DNA from: Lama guanicoe
Lineage: Eukaryota
NCBI GenBank assembly: GCA_013239625.1
Contig: MU053934.1
Location: 8,267,352-8,331,351, forward strand
DNA length: 64,000 bases
Reading direction: 5' to 3'
Below, one piece after another: positions 10,205-23,439 of the stretch (position 1 is its first letter; every line of letters starts with the position of its first letter). Both the position numbers and the translations under genes were made by a program. The notes under the pieces are model-generated. The model had not been told where the DNA came from. It did not search any database and was given only the letters and a program-made list of their open reading frames with translations.

Positions 10205-11724
10205 CTCTGTGCACCAGTGGGAGCGGGACCGGGCGGCCTCCTGGAGCCGCTGGGAGATGGAGGTGAGCCCAGCGTGGAGCCCGGCAAACATGTGTGTCTC
10301 CGCCCTGGGCGGGGCTGGGGGAGAGGTGCCGGGGCTGGGTGTGTGGGCAGGTGAGTACCCAGACCACGAGGGAGACGTGACCCCCATTGCTAAGCACCTC
10401 CTGGGAATCGTGAATCCTGGGAGTCTGCCGCGTGCTCCCTCCACCCTCTCCGGCTCCTTTAATCCTGTCCCTATTTACTATTTCTCTGCCTTCGGGAGGC
10501 CTGCTCCCCCGCAAACGCGAAGCTCTGGGGGGGGGGCAGGCGGGCGGCGATGACTCACCCTCTCTCCCCCTGCTCCCTGCTCTCTCCTCTGAGAAGAGCA
10601 GCCTTTTCAAAGGGCTGGCTGGGGAGGGAGCTAAATTTAAAGCCAGGCTTGCCGAGAAGATCACCTGCCACATCAGAACTGCTGCCGTTTAATTAGAAGT
10701 TGGGGGCAGCCAAGGTCCAGTGGACATCCAGCCTCGGCATCTTCATCTCCCACCTCCCTCGGGGAGCAGCTCCCCACCCTCCCAAGGAGCCCCTCCAGTT
10801 TGTCCTTCTCCCTCTCCAAGACCTTAGGATTCCCACCCCAAACCCCCATTTCCCAAATTCAAGACATAAGGAAGTTGTACGCTGGGAGGTTTGAAGACTC
10901 CACGCCCTCCCCAAGTCACCCACGGAGGATGTGGCCAGGCCACCTCTTGGAGCCTCTTTCCTTCTCAATCCAAAGGGACTGAAGTCCCCAGGCTGCAGCC
11001 CGCCTGCTACTGGAAGGCATCAAGTCCACCCTGTTTACCTGGGAGGAGACAGGCCCTGAGCAGGGGAGACTGGGCCCCAGGCCCCTGGAGGAGCCCGCCC
11101 CGCCAGCCAGCCTCTGCTGCCCAGCCCTGCCCCCCGAGACACAAGGCCTGTTAGCTCGCGGCCATCCTTATGCCCCCACTGCTCCCACTCTCCCAGCTGG
11201 CCGTGGTACCCACGTGTGACAGGGGAGCCACAGCCTCCTGGTGGCTGCAGGGCTGGATAACGTGGGCAACAGGATAGCCCAGGGTTTAGGCACAGTGGCT
11301 CTGGAGCTGGAGCGCTGAGCTGACCTCTATGGTGGCCTGAGCCAAGCCCTCAGCCTCAGCTGGCTCTTCTGTAAGAGACTGTGAATCTCAACTGCTCCGA
11401 GCCAGGTGCATAGTAGGTGCTCAGTGTGTAGAAGCAACTGCTGTGGCTCCTGGTTGTCTTGGAGATTTGGGAGACCAGATGGGGTGAGCAGGTTGTCTGG
11501 TCAGGAAGCCTCCCTGAGGCCAGACACACTGCACTGACACGAGCGGGGGCCGGGCCAGGGGCCATAAACTCACTAGGGCCTCCTCTGGACTCCTGCCAGC
11601 CTCCCTCCTGGCCACAAGATGTGACACAGTTTCTACTCTGGCCCTAGCAGAAGGCCTGGCAGAACCATTCACAGCCCCCGAAGCCAAGAGAAAATAGGGC
11701 TTCTGTCTGCATCAAAACATTGAC

Positions 11725-12281
11725 AGACCCAGTTCCAAAAGGGCCCCATCCCCTTACCCCCCCAGTGTTACTCCACTGTGGCAAAAGAGGTTTTTCAGTT
11801 GTAATTAAGGTTCTTAATCAGTTGATGAATAAGATCGGGAGGTTATCTGGTGTGCCTAAGCTAATCACGCAAGCTCTTTAAATACAGAGACCATTCTCCA
11901 GCTGGCAGCAGGAGAGGAAGACTTAGAGATGCCAGCAAAAGGAGAGGTTGGACATTGGGGAGGCCTGTGCTCAGATGGAGGGGCCTTAGGGCAGGGAAGT
12001 GAGAGTAGCCCCCACCAACACCCAGAAGGAAACGGGGCTCAGTCAGTCCTGCAACCGCGAGGAACCGACTGCACTCTGCCAGCACCCTGAAGAGTTCGTG
12101 TCTCCCCAGACTCTCCCCAGAAGAGCCCAGCTTGGCTGTCTACTTGATTTCCATCTCGTGAGACCCTAAGCAGAGACCTAGCCGAGTCCACCCTGAATCT
12201 GACCCACAGAACTGCGAGATGATGAACGGGTGCTGTTTGAAGCTGCTCAATTTGTTACATGGCAATAGAGAAACCAGTACA
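11725..12281 (+). mobile_element. MaLR solo LTR (MLT1E-like)
   Basis: gttgtaattaaggttcttaatcagttga ... tgagaccctaagcagaga ... cagaactgcgagatga ... ttgttacatggcaatagagaaaccagtaca. Confidence 0.8.
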
Positions 12282-13991
12282 CTCAGCAACCGCTCGTGCG
12301 AATCAATTAATTTTTCTGGGGCCAAGATCTTTCAGCCCATCCCTCCCACTGCTGACCCCTGGGCTGGTCTGTGCACGGCACAGCCTGCCTTAGCCACCGC
12401 TCTGCCTGCAGACTTCTATGGCTACACCTTCTCAGGATGATGTCTGAGCTGCTGGTTTGCCATTCAAGGCCCTCTGTGTTCTGATCCTCACATCTGCACG
12501 AGTGGCCCTGCCCCACGTGTGCTGTTCCTAGAGCAGCCTTTCTCCCTCATCAGGCGTGAGTTACAGATCGTCACGGCTCCCCGTTCTCAAGCACGGCGCC
12601 AATGCGTTCCCAAGTCTCTATTTCTTTAAATACACCCCCCTGAGAGTGGCTTACGTGGATACTGGGGAGATGTCAGCCAACATTCTATGCACAGTTGCAA
12701 ATTCCCTTTTGGAAAAATTTTAAAATGAGGAAGAAAAGACACAGTTCCCATCAGGGTCCTGCTACTTGCTTGGGGCAGCTGATTCAGGCAACAGGCATCG
12801 ATCCAGAGAAACGCAAAAACTTGGAAACCCCCAAGGCTCACAGTTTCCTGGTCCCCATGAGTCAGGAACCGTTGTGTGGTCCAGGGTCCCCGGGAGCGTG
12901 TCTGCCACAAAAGGGCAGCAGGAACCAGGAAGGAAGAGCAGGAGTTGGGGGTAGTGGGGCACACCCACTTGTACTCCCGAAACCTGAAAAACAGGAGACC
13001 CGAGTGTGTCCTTGGCCTCCTCGAGCCTCAGTCTCCTCTTCTGTACCCTGTCACTGATAATAACCTCCACTCAGGTGGCACCAGGCTCTGTTCTCAGTGA
13101 TGACAAGCCTACGGGATAGGAGCTGGTACCCAATCTGTCACTGTAACGGTTTTGTAGGCGGGAAGCTGAGAATACAGGTGACGCACTGTGACACTGGCTC
13201 TGGGGTTGCGGGAGGACCTGGTGAATGAGCGAGCCCTGGCTGCACAGCCACGGGGCCTGAATCCGGGTTCCCTCCTGCCAGCTGGTGGCCTTGGGCGGAT
13301 GGATTCACCTCCCAAAGCCCGTCTCCTCATCTCTGAATCAGGATGACAGTGGACAGGCGGACAGCAGAAGGCAGAGAGGTTCTTCTGGGGGGTGTGAGAG
13401 AACCCCACCCATACCTCCGGGGCAATCACCCCCACCCCAAACCTTCGAGGCATCAGCTTACATGGACAATGACAGGATCCTTCCTCCATGTCTATCCCAG
13501 GTTTGGATTTGGCTGCAGCTGGCGCCTCACGGGCTGAGTCTCACCAGCGTCTCGAACCCAGCACGCAGAGGAGGAGAACAATACTACGCAAATGGTAGGC
13601 TACAGGCCTGCCAGCACTCCCCAGGGGCAGCCCCGGAATAATAACAACAACAGTGATAATCAGGATAATTGGCGTACGCAGAGAGCCACGTGCCCTCCAC
13701 ACCCATTTACACGTGGGGAGGGGGACGCAGCAGTAAGGGCACGGATCTCAGAGCTGCAGGAAGGGGGCCCAGAGAGGTCGTGTGATGGACCCGAGGTCAC
13801 ACAGCGCATGAGAGGCAGGCGTGGGCCAGAAGTCCGAGGACTCCGATGTGCTCTTCCCTGGCAGCCCTTCTAGGGGGGCTGGGGTGGGGGCGCAAGGCAG
13901 CCCGGCCACAACAGGAGCCTCAGCTTTGCAGCAGTAAGGCCCTGGCAAGTCCCCCAACCTCTAGGATGAGGATCCACTTCCTTGCTCTCTC

Positions 13992-14145
13992 TTTTTTAAT
14001 TAATTAATGTATTATTGTATTACTTTGGCAGGGGGCAGGTAATCAGGTTTTATTATTTGCTTTTCAGAGAAGGGACTGGGGATTGAACCCAGGACCTCAT
14101 GCATGCTAAGCATGCACTCTACCACTTGAGCTATGTCTTCTCCCC
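13992..14145 (-). mobile_element. tRNA-Ala-derived camelid SINE (vic-1 type)
   Basis: Minus strand: GGGGAGAAGACATAGCTCAAGTGGTAGAGTGCATGCTTAGCATGCATGAGGTCCTGGGTTCAATCCCC (Pol III A and B boxes, AGC anticodon-like loop), then a tRNA-unrelated segment and an A-rich tail. Confidence 0.85.
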
Positions 14146-14344
14146 TACCTCATCTCTTGAATTCGGGGAACTGCTGCTTGGGGCAGGAAGTGTGCCTTCT
14201 CTCTCTGCCCTACCTGGGTGGGCGCATGGTATCAGCTAAGGTGACACAGTCTTAACCGAGGCCAAGGTAAGGCTCCCACTGTCTGGGTGCTCTGTGCCCC
14301 ACGTGCCATGGGGGTGGTCTCCCTGAATCCATCCTAGGAGTTGC

Positions 14345-14460
14345 TTCTCCGTGTTCCTGCTGACAGATGACAAACAGGCCCAGAGAGGTCAAGTGACTTG
14401 CATAGAGTCACACAGCCAGGAAGTAGTACAGCTGGGATTTGACCCTGGGTCTGTCCCTTC
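14345..14460 (-). mobile_element. MIR fragment
   Basis: aggcccagagaggtcaagtgacttgcatagagtcacacagc ... gctgggatttgaccctgggtctg. Confidence 0.8.
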
Positions 14461-15729
14461 CCTGCCCGAGCCCTTGGCCTGTGCTCTTGACCTCGATGAA
14501 GGAGGAGCAAAGTAGAGAGCCCTGGAATGGGACATGTCCTGGCTCTGCTGCCCCAGGCCTCAGGTTCCCTGCCTGCTCCGTGCTCACTGCCGGTCGGGCC
14601 CCTCTGGCTGCGGCAGTGTGAGGCTCTGGCAGACTCAGGCCAGCCCTGGCTTCTTTCAGGTTTAGCTCAGCCATTGGGAGGCAGGTTGTCTGGGGTTCCA
14701 CAAATCAGGCCTGCTCGGCCTGGGTCGGATTTCCAGGCTTCTTTGATTTTGCTGAGCGGCCTCTCCCGATATTATAAATGGTTTGGCTTGGCCTCACAGA
14801 GCCACCTTTGTTATTGCAACATCTCGTGTTTCCACAGAGTTGGGGGAAAGAGGAGCCTTTGGTGCTGGGTTCCAGCATCTGGCTGAATTCTGTTCTGGGG
14901 AGGCTCCCAGCTGTGGGGAAGCCGGCCCTGGCCTGGGCCGCAGGGTGGAGCCTGTGGCCCTGGCCAGGTAGCCCCCGCCTGTCTGGCTGCCTGCCAGTCA
15001 CAGCCTGTTCACCGGGCAACATCTGTGATGAATCAGAACCTCTGAAGGGCGACTCAGAGGGCTGACGGGGAGCGGCTGGAGTGAGAAATATGGAGGAGTT
15101 GTGCCTTCAGTGCAGGCTGGGACACCCAGGGCCTCTGTCCGAGGGCTCCCCCAGCTGTCTAGGGCCAGCCCAGCCCTGGTGCCTTTGGAAGAGGGTGAAG
15201 GGGAAAGGACCCTCCAGCTTCTAGAGCCTGGACAGGTGCACCTCATGCCAGGCCTGGGGCTTTGCAGTCCCCCATAAGCAAGGGCTCTTGCTTTTGCACC
15301 ATTTCAGCTGAGGATTGGGAGAATCAGAGAGGGTGAATGCCTTGCCTGGGGTCACACAGCAGGTCAGTGGAAGCTGCTACCTGCCCTGTGTTAGAGTTCC
15401 AAGTTCAGGACCACTTATACCATTTACATCACTTTCTTGATCCAAGAAAATGTGGCCCCACTTTGGTGTCCTGGAGATGCCTCTGTCTCAGCCCTCCCCA
15501 TCCTAGACCCAGACCATGTGAGGGCCCAGGCCCTCTGCAGTCAGTTCTGCTCACATATCGTTCAAAGGCCTCCCCAGAACATGATACCTGGTACTGGAGC
15601 CCAGTTGAAAAGAAGATGTGCTGCTTTCTGCCCCAGAGCACCATGGAAATATCCTGGGGTGCCACCTGCAGAGAGGGAACCCCAGAACCACGGCCTGCCA
15701 GAGCAACCTTCCAAGATTAGCAACATGAG

Positions 15730-15800
15730 CCCTAATTACAGATGAGGAAGCTGAGGTTTAGAAAGGTCCAGTGACTTGCCCAAGGTCACCTAGCACATGA
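15730..15800 (-). mobile_element. MIR fragment
   Basis: acagatgaggaagctgaggtttagaaaggtccagtgacttgcccaaggtcac. Confidence 0.8.
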
Positions 15801-15894
15801 AGCCTCCTTGCCACCTTCATGTCCTATTTTAACATGAAAATTACAAAATAAGCCCCAGCTTCGGTGTCAGACTCTTGGGTCTGCCTTGTATCAG

Positions 15895-16045
15895 TGGAAG
15901 TCACCTTCCTTCTCTGAGCCTCGATTTCCTCATCTTTGAGATGGGGACAACAGTTCCTAACTATCAGGGACCCTGTGATATGTGGTCGATTGAAGCCACA
16001 TTAGTGTCTTTGCCCCAAACCTGGCACACAGTAGGACCTCTATTT
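15895..16045 (+). mobile_element. MIR fragment
   Basis: ctctgagcctcgatttcctcatctttgagatgggga ... cctggcacacagtagg. Confidence 0.7.
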
Positions 16046-16799
16046 TGCTAGCCCCCTCTACCCACTCTGGGAGCTAGGGCCTATAGTCTGGTGTTTACTG
16101 ATTGTAATGCCAGGCACTAGGTCTTAAGCACCTACTGTGTGTGAGGCACTATGCTGAGCACTTTGCGGCATCAGCATCATGAAAATAACCACAAAAAATG
16201 CCCCTGAGCCTCGTGCTGGGCATTTTTCGATGTGTCTGGCAAGCATCACATCAGTTACTGTGAGGTCATGCCCAGCTCACAGACAAAGAAACTGAGGCTG
16301 GCAAGTAGCTTTCCTGAGGCCCTTCAGACCTGGGTCTGCCTGACCCCGGAGCCCAGCTCTCAAACCTGGGCCAGAACCTCTGGTCCGAAAAGCTGAGGTC
16401 TCATCCTCCACCCGTCAGGCTCCCCCCCACCCCGGGCCAGCGTGGGGAGGAGGGAGAAAGCAGAGTCATCATCAAACACAGCAGGGAGAGGGGCTGGTTG
16501 TGGACAGGCGACGGCTGCAGCTTACGGGCCGCGGGTGCCTCCCCAGAGGGGGAGCCCACAGGGTGATGACCCACCAATGCCCTTGGCCAGGCAGACAGTG
16601 CAGGATGGGGTCGGTGCTGCGGACACAGGGACCAACCTGTGTGGGAATTCTGCCCTTAACGATGTGGGCTACCACCTTTACCAGTCGCAGCCAGGTGTTT
16701 TGGCTCCATCAGGCAGAGCCCCAAGAACCCTCCATCTCCAGCCCCGCAGCCACTCCCCCTAGTGGGCCATCCTCCGATAGGAGCCAGAGGGATCTGTGT

Positions 16800-17240
16800 G
16801 GCGCTCAAATCTGACAGCATCACTCTCCTGCTCAAAACCCTGCTGTGGCTCCCTATTTCCTTCTGGATGAAATCTGCATTCACCTGCCACCAAACTCCAT
16901 CTCCTGCCACAAGGCCACCCTAGGCTTGCTCTCATTTTCTGAACGGACCAGGCTTTCATGCTCCCAGGCCCCAACTCTCTCTGCTTTCTCTTCCTGGACC
17001 TTCTCTCTTGCTCTTTTTTATCTTTGAGGACCCAGGTCATTTGATTCCTTCTCCTGGAAGCCTTCTCTGAGCCAGGCTTCTCCGCCAGACCCAGCCCTGC
17101 TCATGCTGAGTGATACTGTGCTTCCATCCCCACCTGGAGCTCTCTGAGGACTGGCCTGGGTCTCACCCGGCTCAGTGTCACCGACACCATCCGCTCAGGG
17201 CCCAGACTGGAGCGGGCCTCGGTGTGAGACATTGAGTAAG
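16800..17240 (+). mobile_element. L2 LINE fragment
   Basis: aaatctgacagcatcactctcctgctcaaaaccctgctgtggctccc, typical of the L2 3' region. Confidence 0.65.
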
Positions 17241-18069
17241 TGGTTCTCATGGGCTAGGCTCAGCGAGCTAGCGCAGGAGGCCAGGAGCAAATGACATCGC
17301 TCCCAGCTCCCCCCGGGACACCCAGCGCACAGTCTGGCCACATCTGCAACTTGGCACCAATATTTTATTAATAAGTACACTTGGCATTTGCCTCACACCT
17401 TTCATCCTCAGCTCAGCTCTCTGAGCGCATCCCCAACTTTAATTAATTCTCCCCACACCCCAAATAAGCTGCTCATCCCGCGGCAGATAATGATGTGCGA
17501 AGTCCGTAAAAGTGCCGTGATTCATTCCACGGTGTAATTAGAATCCTCTCTTCCTCATCTCCTGGGCCTTTCCCAGTTCTACTCCTCCCTCCCCTGGGCT
17601 GACAGGTGGACCCAAAACCTTCAGCATGGAGTGCTAATTTATTATTATTATTATTATAAAGCCATGCACAAGCTTGCCGTCTCAGCAGCTTAGTTTTGTC
17701 ATCAGAAAAAAATAACAAGATAATTTTTGCAGTGGTGAGAGGCAACCAGAGAGGCAGTGGGTGGAGTGGAGCAGCACTGGAGCTTGGTTTGTGCAAACTA
17801 GCTGGCTGAACTGGTGCTGGGGAGGGCCCTGGGAAACCATAGTTTTAGGCAGCTCACCCTCCTTCAGGAAGACTCCCCTGAATAGTCAGCTCAGATCTGC
17901 CTTTTCTGCCTCCATCTGGCCTTTGGAGCCCAGATCTTTGTTGTGATAGGTGATTGCTCTGTGTTGGCCAACCTTTCCCAACGACACTAGAGTCCTTGTG
18001 TCGGATTCAAGTTTCCATGTGTTTGCATCCTGGGAAATGAGCAGAGAACTGGACTTTCAGTAACGAGGA

Positions 18070-18400
18070 TTTGTGGATGTGTGGAGGAATGTGGGAATGA
18101 GTGAAAAGATGGTGGGTGGGTGGATGGATGAATGGGTAGATAGATAGATGGACAGATAATGGGTAGGTAAGTGGATGGATGAATGGATGCGTGAGTAGGT
18201 GGGTGGATGATGGGTGAGTGGGTTCATGGACAGATGAATATGGGGAAGATGGCTGGCTGGATGGATAGCTTCATGGAGAAATGAATGGACGGGTTGATGG
18301 ATAGATGGAGAAGTGAGTGATGGGCAGATGGGTGCTGATAGAAGTGTGGCTAGATGGGTTACTGGGTGAATGGTGAGCAGTGGGTCTTTGGATGGACAGT
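18070..18400. repeat. Degenerate (TGGA/GATA)n simple repeat
   Basis: ggtggatggatgaatgggtagatagatagatgga... over about 330 bp. Confidence 0.9.
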
Positions 18401-19519
18401 GACAAAAGTAATGACACTCTACCCATAGCTAATGTGTGTTGAGGCTCCAGGCACTGTTCCAAGCATATTAATAACTCATTTAATGCTCGTGACTACTACT
18501 AGAGGAGACTGCATGGAGGATGGGGAGATGAGGGCTGCTTGACTGTGTGTTTTGGTGGGTAGACAGGCAGGCAGGCGCCTGGCGGGATGTGTGCTTTGTG
18601 ATGGGGAGGTGGGCGGGGCTCGGTCAAGCAGATGGGGTGCTGAGCGGACGGGGCAGGGAGGCAGAGGAGCAGTGGACAAGAGGTTAAAAGGATGGGCAAG
18701 AACCTAAATATTTTCTATCTGTTCCACATCAGGGCAGGGCGTCCCGTTCCCTAGACACTCACGTCTGGAATCTCACGTCATCCTTGGCTGCCGTCTCATC
18801 CCTCCAGCCCACCACCCCTTGGAGCACCAACTATCTACACCTCCGACTTCAGACCCCACAACTCTGGATAGATTGGGTCCCCAGCCCCCCTTAGCTGTCC
18901 TAGGCCCTCCCACGCACCTCCCACGTGTGGCCAAAGGGATCGCGGCAAAACACAGTCCCAGTCCTGTTACCTGTCTGCCCCAAGTCGTCCTCTGGTCCCC
19001 AACACCCATGGACACCTAGCCTTCTTGGCATACCCAGCGCTTCACAGCCAGTGACCGCGGACACAGCGAGAGCCCCTGCTGTCCTCCCATGGCAGCCTCC
19101 TTCAGGGCCCTGGGTCAGGACTCACATGGTGCCCCTTCTGGATGCCAGTCCCACCACCTGCCTCGGGCCCAGTGAGATCCCTTCTCTCCTGGAGTTCCCT
19201 TCACAGCCCGCCATCTTCAAGTTAGCGCAGAGGTCTCCAGCCTGGCTCTGGAGTCCCTGCGGGAGGTGACCCTTGGCTTCGCCACGGCTGGCGTCCCCGT
19301 GTGTAAAACAAGGAGAAGCAGGGCTTCTGGCCAGTGTGGTTGCCACGAGGACTAGTGAGGTGCGAGGGGGCTTACTCTGGCAGCTGAAAGGCCCAGAGCT
19401 CACGACCGGTTGGTTGATTGTGATTATTATGAATACAGTGTCTGCCTTCCACCCGCCCCTGCCCCAGACAGTATATGTTTGAAAAATAAGGCTGGGGCCA
19501 CTGAGCAGACTAATCAGCT

Positions 19520-19630
19520 TGTTCAACAAATGTTTATGGAGCCTTTCCCGTGTGCCAGGCGCTGTCCTGGGTGCTGGGGAGGCACCTGCGAAGACAGGCA
19601 TCCCGGGGCTCACGCCCTTGGCACCTGCGG
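19520..19630 (-). mobile_element. L2 3' end
   Basis: ttcaacaaatgtttatggagcctttcccgtgtgccaggcgctgtcctgggtgctggg. Confidence 0.7.
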
Positions 19631-19878
19631 GCGAATGTGATCCCTGTGGATTCACGTGTCTGCCCAAGTGACCGCAGACTGGACTGGTGAGAGGTGGGGT
19701 GCGAGCCCACCTCGTTCACCCTGGCCGGTTCTCGGGACCAGGAGCAGCTTCCACCTTCCGGAGCAGGGCGGCCCCTCCGTCAGCATGTCCAAATCTGAGT
19801 CACTGCTCTCTCGGGGACAAGAGGGTGACCTTGCTTATAGACCCTGAGGAGCTAAGAATAGCCTGGGAAGTTGAGCAC

Positions 19879-19990
19879 CCTGCCGCCCTCCCGCTCTCCC
19901 GCCCCTGTGTGTGTGTGTTGGGGGGGGACATATCCTGCCGCCCTCCCGCCCCTGTGTGTGTGAGGGGAGTAGGGGGGACACACCCTGCCC
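19879..19990. repeat. Imperfect tandem duplication, unit about 50 bp
   Basis: cctgccgccctcccgc..ccctgtgtgtgtg..ggggggaca occurs at about 19879-19930 and 19934-19980. Confidence 0.8.
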
Positions 19991-20424
19991 CCACCACGTG
20001 GCCAGCTGCTGCTGGCGTCTCTGGGGCTCGGCTGAGCCCTGCCAGCTGTTTGAGAGGGAGGAGAGAAGCCGGAGGGAGAGAAGGGATTCCATCCCTGAAA
20101 GCACAGGCTCAGCGCTCAGCTGTTGTCCTTGGGGCCCTGCCTGCAGCACGGAAAGGTATTTGCGTCCCTGCTGGGTTACTTACTAGTGGGTGACCTTCAG
20201 CAAGACACCTGTCCTCTGGTCTCTGTTTCCCAGGTGAGGAAGCAATCACTCCTTGCTTCAGGGTGTGGAGCTGGCTTGGGGCTGCCACCCTGATCCTGCC
20301 ACCTGCCAGGGGACTTGAAGGGTGGAGGCCCTCGTCCCAGGCCCCTGCCCTCACCCTCCTCCACACTGCTGCCTTGGCCTCCCCTGTTTCCGTGTGAACA
20401 GGCCGGAGCATCTAGCAGCTCAGA

Positions 20425-20620
20425 TAAGCATTGCTCTGGAATCTGATAGCCTCGGACAAACCCCAGACCAGCCACTCACAGGCTTTGTGACCTCGGACCA
20501 GTATTTTCTCTCCCAGTCCGTTTCTTTCTGTATGAAGTGAGAGTTCTGGCCCGTCTCAGGCGCATGGTGCTGTAGTGGGAGATATGTATGCAAAACGGCA
20601 CATAGTAGGTGCTTTTGAGG
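20425..20620 (+). mobile_element. MIR fragment
   Basis: ctctggaatctga ... ccactcacaggctttgtgacctcggac ... ggcacatagtaggtgct. Confidence 0.6.
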
Positions 20621-23439
20621 TACATAGTAGGTGTGAGGTATTGGTGACATGCTTCCTCGTGCAATGGACTGGGTGTGGTGGCTGACACAGTGGGTGACCT
20701 CTGTAGGGCCAAGCTGGGAGGGAAAGGAAAGACCATGCTCTCTGTGACTCCGAGGGGGCAGGCGTGGGACCAGCAGGGAGACCGTTTGAGTGGATTTGGA
20801 GGAATAGCCCCTGGCCCTCAGGTAAAGAGCTCCCCATTCCTAGGGGTAATCAAATATAATCTGGTCTTCTGCCTCCCAAGGATATTGCAACAGCAATTCA
20901 CACATACATGGGTGGGTTAGCAGCCCCCCTGGGGTTTCATGCCACTGGTGTTTATCTGGATCTGGGGCCAGTAGAGACAGACTGTGTAGACTGTGGGTTA
21001 AAAATCAGACCTGACCCTGCCAGGTCCCTGCTTTGGAGACTTCCATGCTCCCATTGCTCTGGAGGGCAGGGCGGGGAGGAGGAAGGATGGGATCATGGTG
21101 GCTCTGCACGCTCCCAGTCTCTGGCCACCAAACTGGGTGGAGGACAGACAGGAGGCTGATGCTACAGCTGGGTGAACGTGGATGGAGCAGGCGGACTTGT
21201 GACCCAAATGTGGCCAGAGGGCTGGGGGCTTCTGTTCAGGGGTCAGAGAGAACAAGGAAAACGCCGTGACTGTTAACAAATAAAACTGCCCCCCATTGTG
21301 CTGCCCAGAGCTCCAACCCAGCAACCAAGTCATCACGGCCACCTCCAACTACGATCAGACTCCTGCTCCCTGACCAGGAGTGGAGGAGGAGCCTGAGGCT
21401 CAGAGAGTTGAGGGGACCCTCCGCTGCTGAGTAGGACCCTGGGCTCCAACCACCGCTGCCCATCGCTGCATCAGCGAGGGGTCCTCATCTGGCGAGTTGG
21501 CCAGCATAGGTCACTGTGCCGGTGAATTCCCTGCGCTGCTGGCCTCCAGCCCAGGGGCGATTCCCCACTGGGCTCCAAGCGCTGCAGCTCCAGGAGAAGA
21601 AGGTGCCACTGCCCTGCAGCGTCCCAGCCATAGCTCTCCGGCCCATCCACCTCCCAGCCCTGGAGCTGCACAGAGTCCTGAGCTGCTGGCAGAGCCACAG
21701 ACCGGCTTCTCCTGGTGGAGCAGCTGGAGGTGAGCACACAGGTGTTTGCTGCCCCACCGCTGTGACCTTGCCCTGCAGGTCGGGCGCTTTCCCAAGACGG
21801 CTGACTTTGTGCTCTTCTCACTCCTCCTGACATTCTCCTGATACCCAGTGGCCTCGGGGGATCTTATACAATCCATGTAATAAGGACCATTCTGCACTAA
21901 GGCCTCAGCTTAAACCCTCCCGCCACGCCTGGAATAAGAATTCACTCATTCAACCAGGGTATAGTGGTGAACGCTGTGTACCAGGAATTGCTCCCTTGGA
22001 GAGAAGGTGGCAGGGAGGAATTCTTGGTTATATTTATAACCTTGGCACTCTTGTCCATCTGTGGACCGCCAAGTCCCAAATCGCAGCCCTAGTCTCTCTC
22101 CTGAGTGCCAAACCTGCATTTCCAAGTGCTCAGGCCCCAAGTCCGCAGTGGAACTCTAGATTCTCCTGTCCTTAACCCCCTCCCGCAGGCCCTGGCTCCA
22201 TTCTGCCCTCCAATCGGTTGCCTCTCCTTGGCTCTGCCAGGCTCTGTGGGCTTAGGTCATAACCACAGTTTGGACTGTCCACTTCCGTCCACGACAACCC
22301 CATTTGAGCCACCGTCACTCTTGCCTGGACAATTGCAGCAGCCATCCAGGGTCACCGTCTCCCGCCCCCCATCGCACCCCATCCCGGTTCCTGGCCGAGT
22401 GCCGTAGGCTGGTGTCTGCTCAGCACCTGTAGTGGACAAATAGAGCTGAAGTTTGGACCAACGTGTCAAGGACGTACCAGTGAGGCAGCTTCCCCAGACG
22501 CCGAAAATGAATGGGGACCTTTCCCCAACTCAGGCTCCCCAACGGATCAGAGCAGAGGGACACTGGAGGGACCAGCGGCTTCTGCCCTATCCTGTCTCCA
22601 AGGGGGAGGGGTCTGCCGCCTCCTTCACCGCCAGCCTGACAGGACCAGCTGGAGAGTCCGTCCTGTTTTGCTGGAGCTGTGGTGCCTGGGGGGCCCCGAG
22701 CCCACCTGGGAGAACAAGGGACCCCAGCAGTGAGTCCCCGGGCATGGGTGTCAGATTACCAGGGGCTGGGGGTAGGGAGCGGCCGCAGCCCGGAGTCGGG
22801 CTCCGCATTCGAGAAGCCCACCTTGCTGGTTGCAGAGGATGTAAGACAGGAGGCAGCCAGGGTGGAGTTTGTGTTTGGAGCCCAGGGGGCTGTGGTTCTG
22901 CTGACTTGCTTCCTTGGTCGAAAGGAAACACAGCAGAGCCCTGACTCAGCCCAGGGCCCTCACTCCCTCTCCAGCTCCGCAGGCTAAGTGGCCCTGTCCC
23001 GGGCCCAGACCACCATGCCCTGTGTCCAGGCTGCTGGAGCCCACTGCTCTGCCCATCAGGGTGAGGCGTGTGGGGCCCTGGGCCTTCCTCCTGCCTGGGC
23101 CTGTGTTCTGGGTCTTGGGGACCTGGAAGCATCTGTGTCAACGTGGAGACGGATGCATGAGCTGACCGTGGAGATTCCGAGACTGTTACAGGGCCCGGGC
23201 AGGGTCCCTTTCCAGCCCAGAGAATGACCCTAGGTGTGTAAGGCAGGGGACTGAGGAAGAAGGGGGAGGATTTGAGCCTCATGAAGGACCCGTGGATTGT
23301 ACCTAAGTCCCTGTTCGCGGAGATCCCAGGTGGTCCCCCACCCCCACTCCCTGCGCCTCCCAGCAGGTGTGTGGCAGGTGCTCCGTGGGTGCCTGTCCAT
23401 CTGTCCCTTTGGAGAACTCACCAGAGCCAGTCAGTGGTA

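Noticed and set aside
14070..14145. tRNA-Ala(AGC) gene
   Set aside because: The tRNA-like head continues into a SINE body and A-rich tail, and I see no proper Pol III terminator after it; called a SINE.
20600..20633. Duplicated acatagtaggtg
   Set aside because: Small local duplication of a MIR/L2 3' motif with no sign of function.
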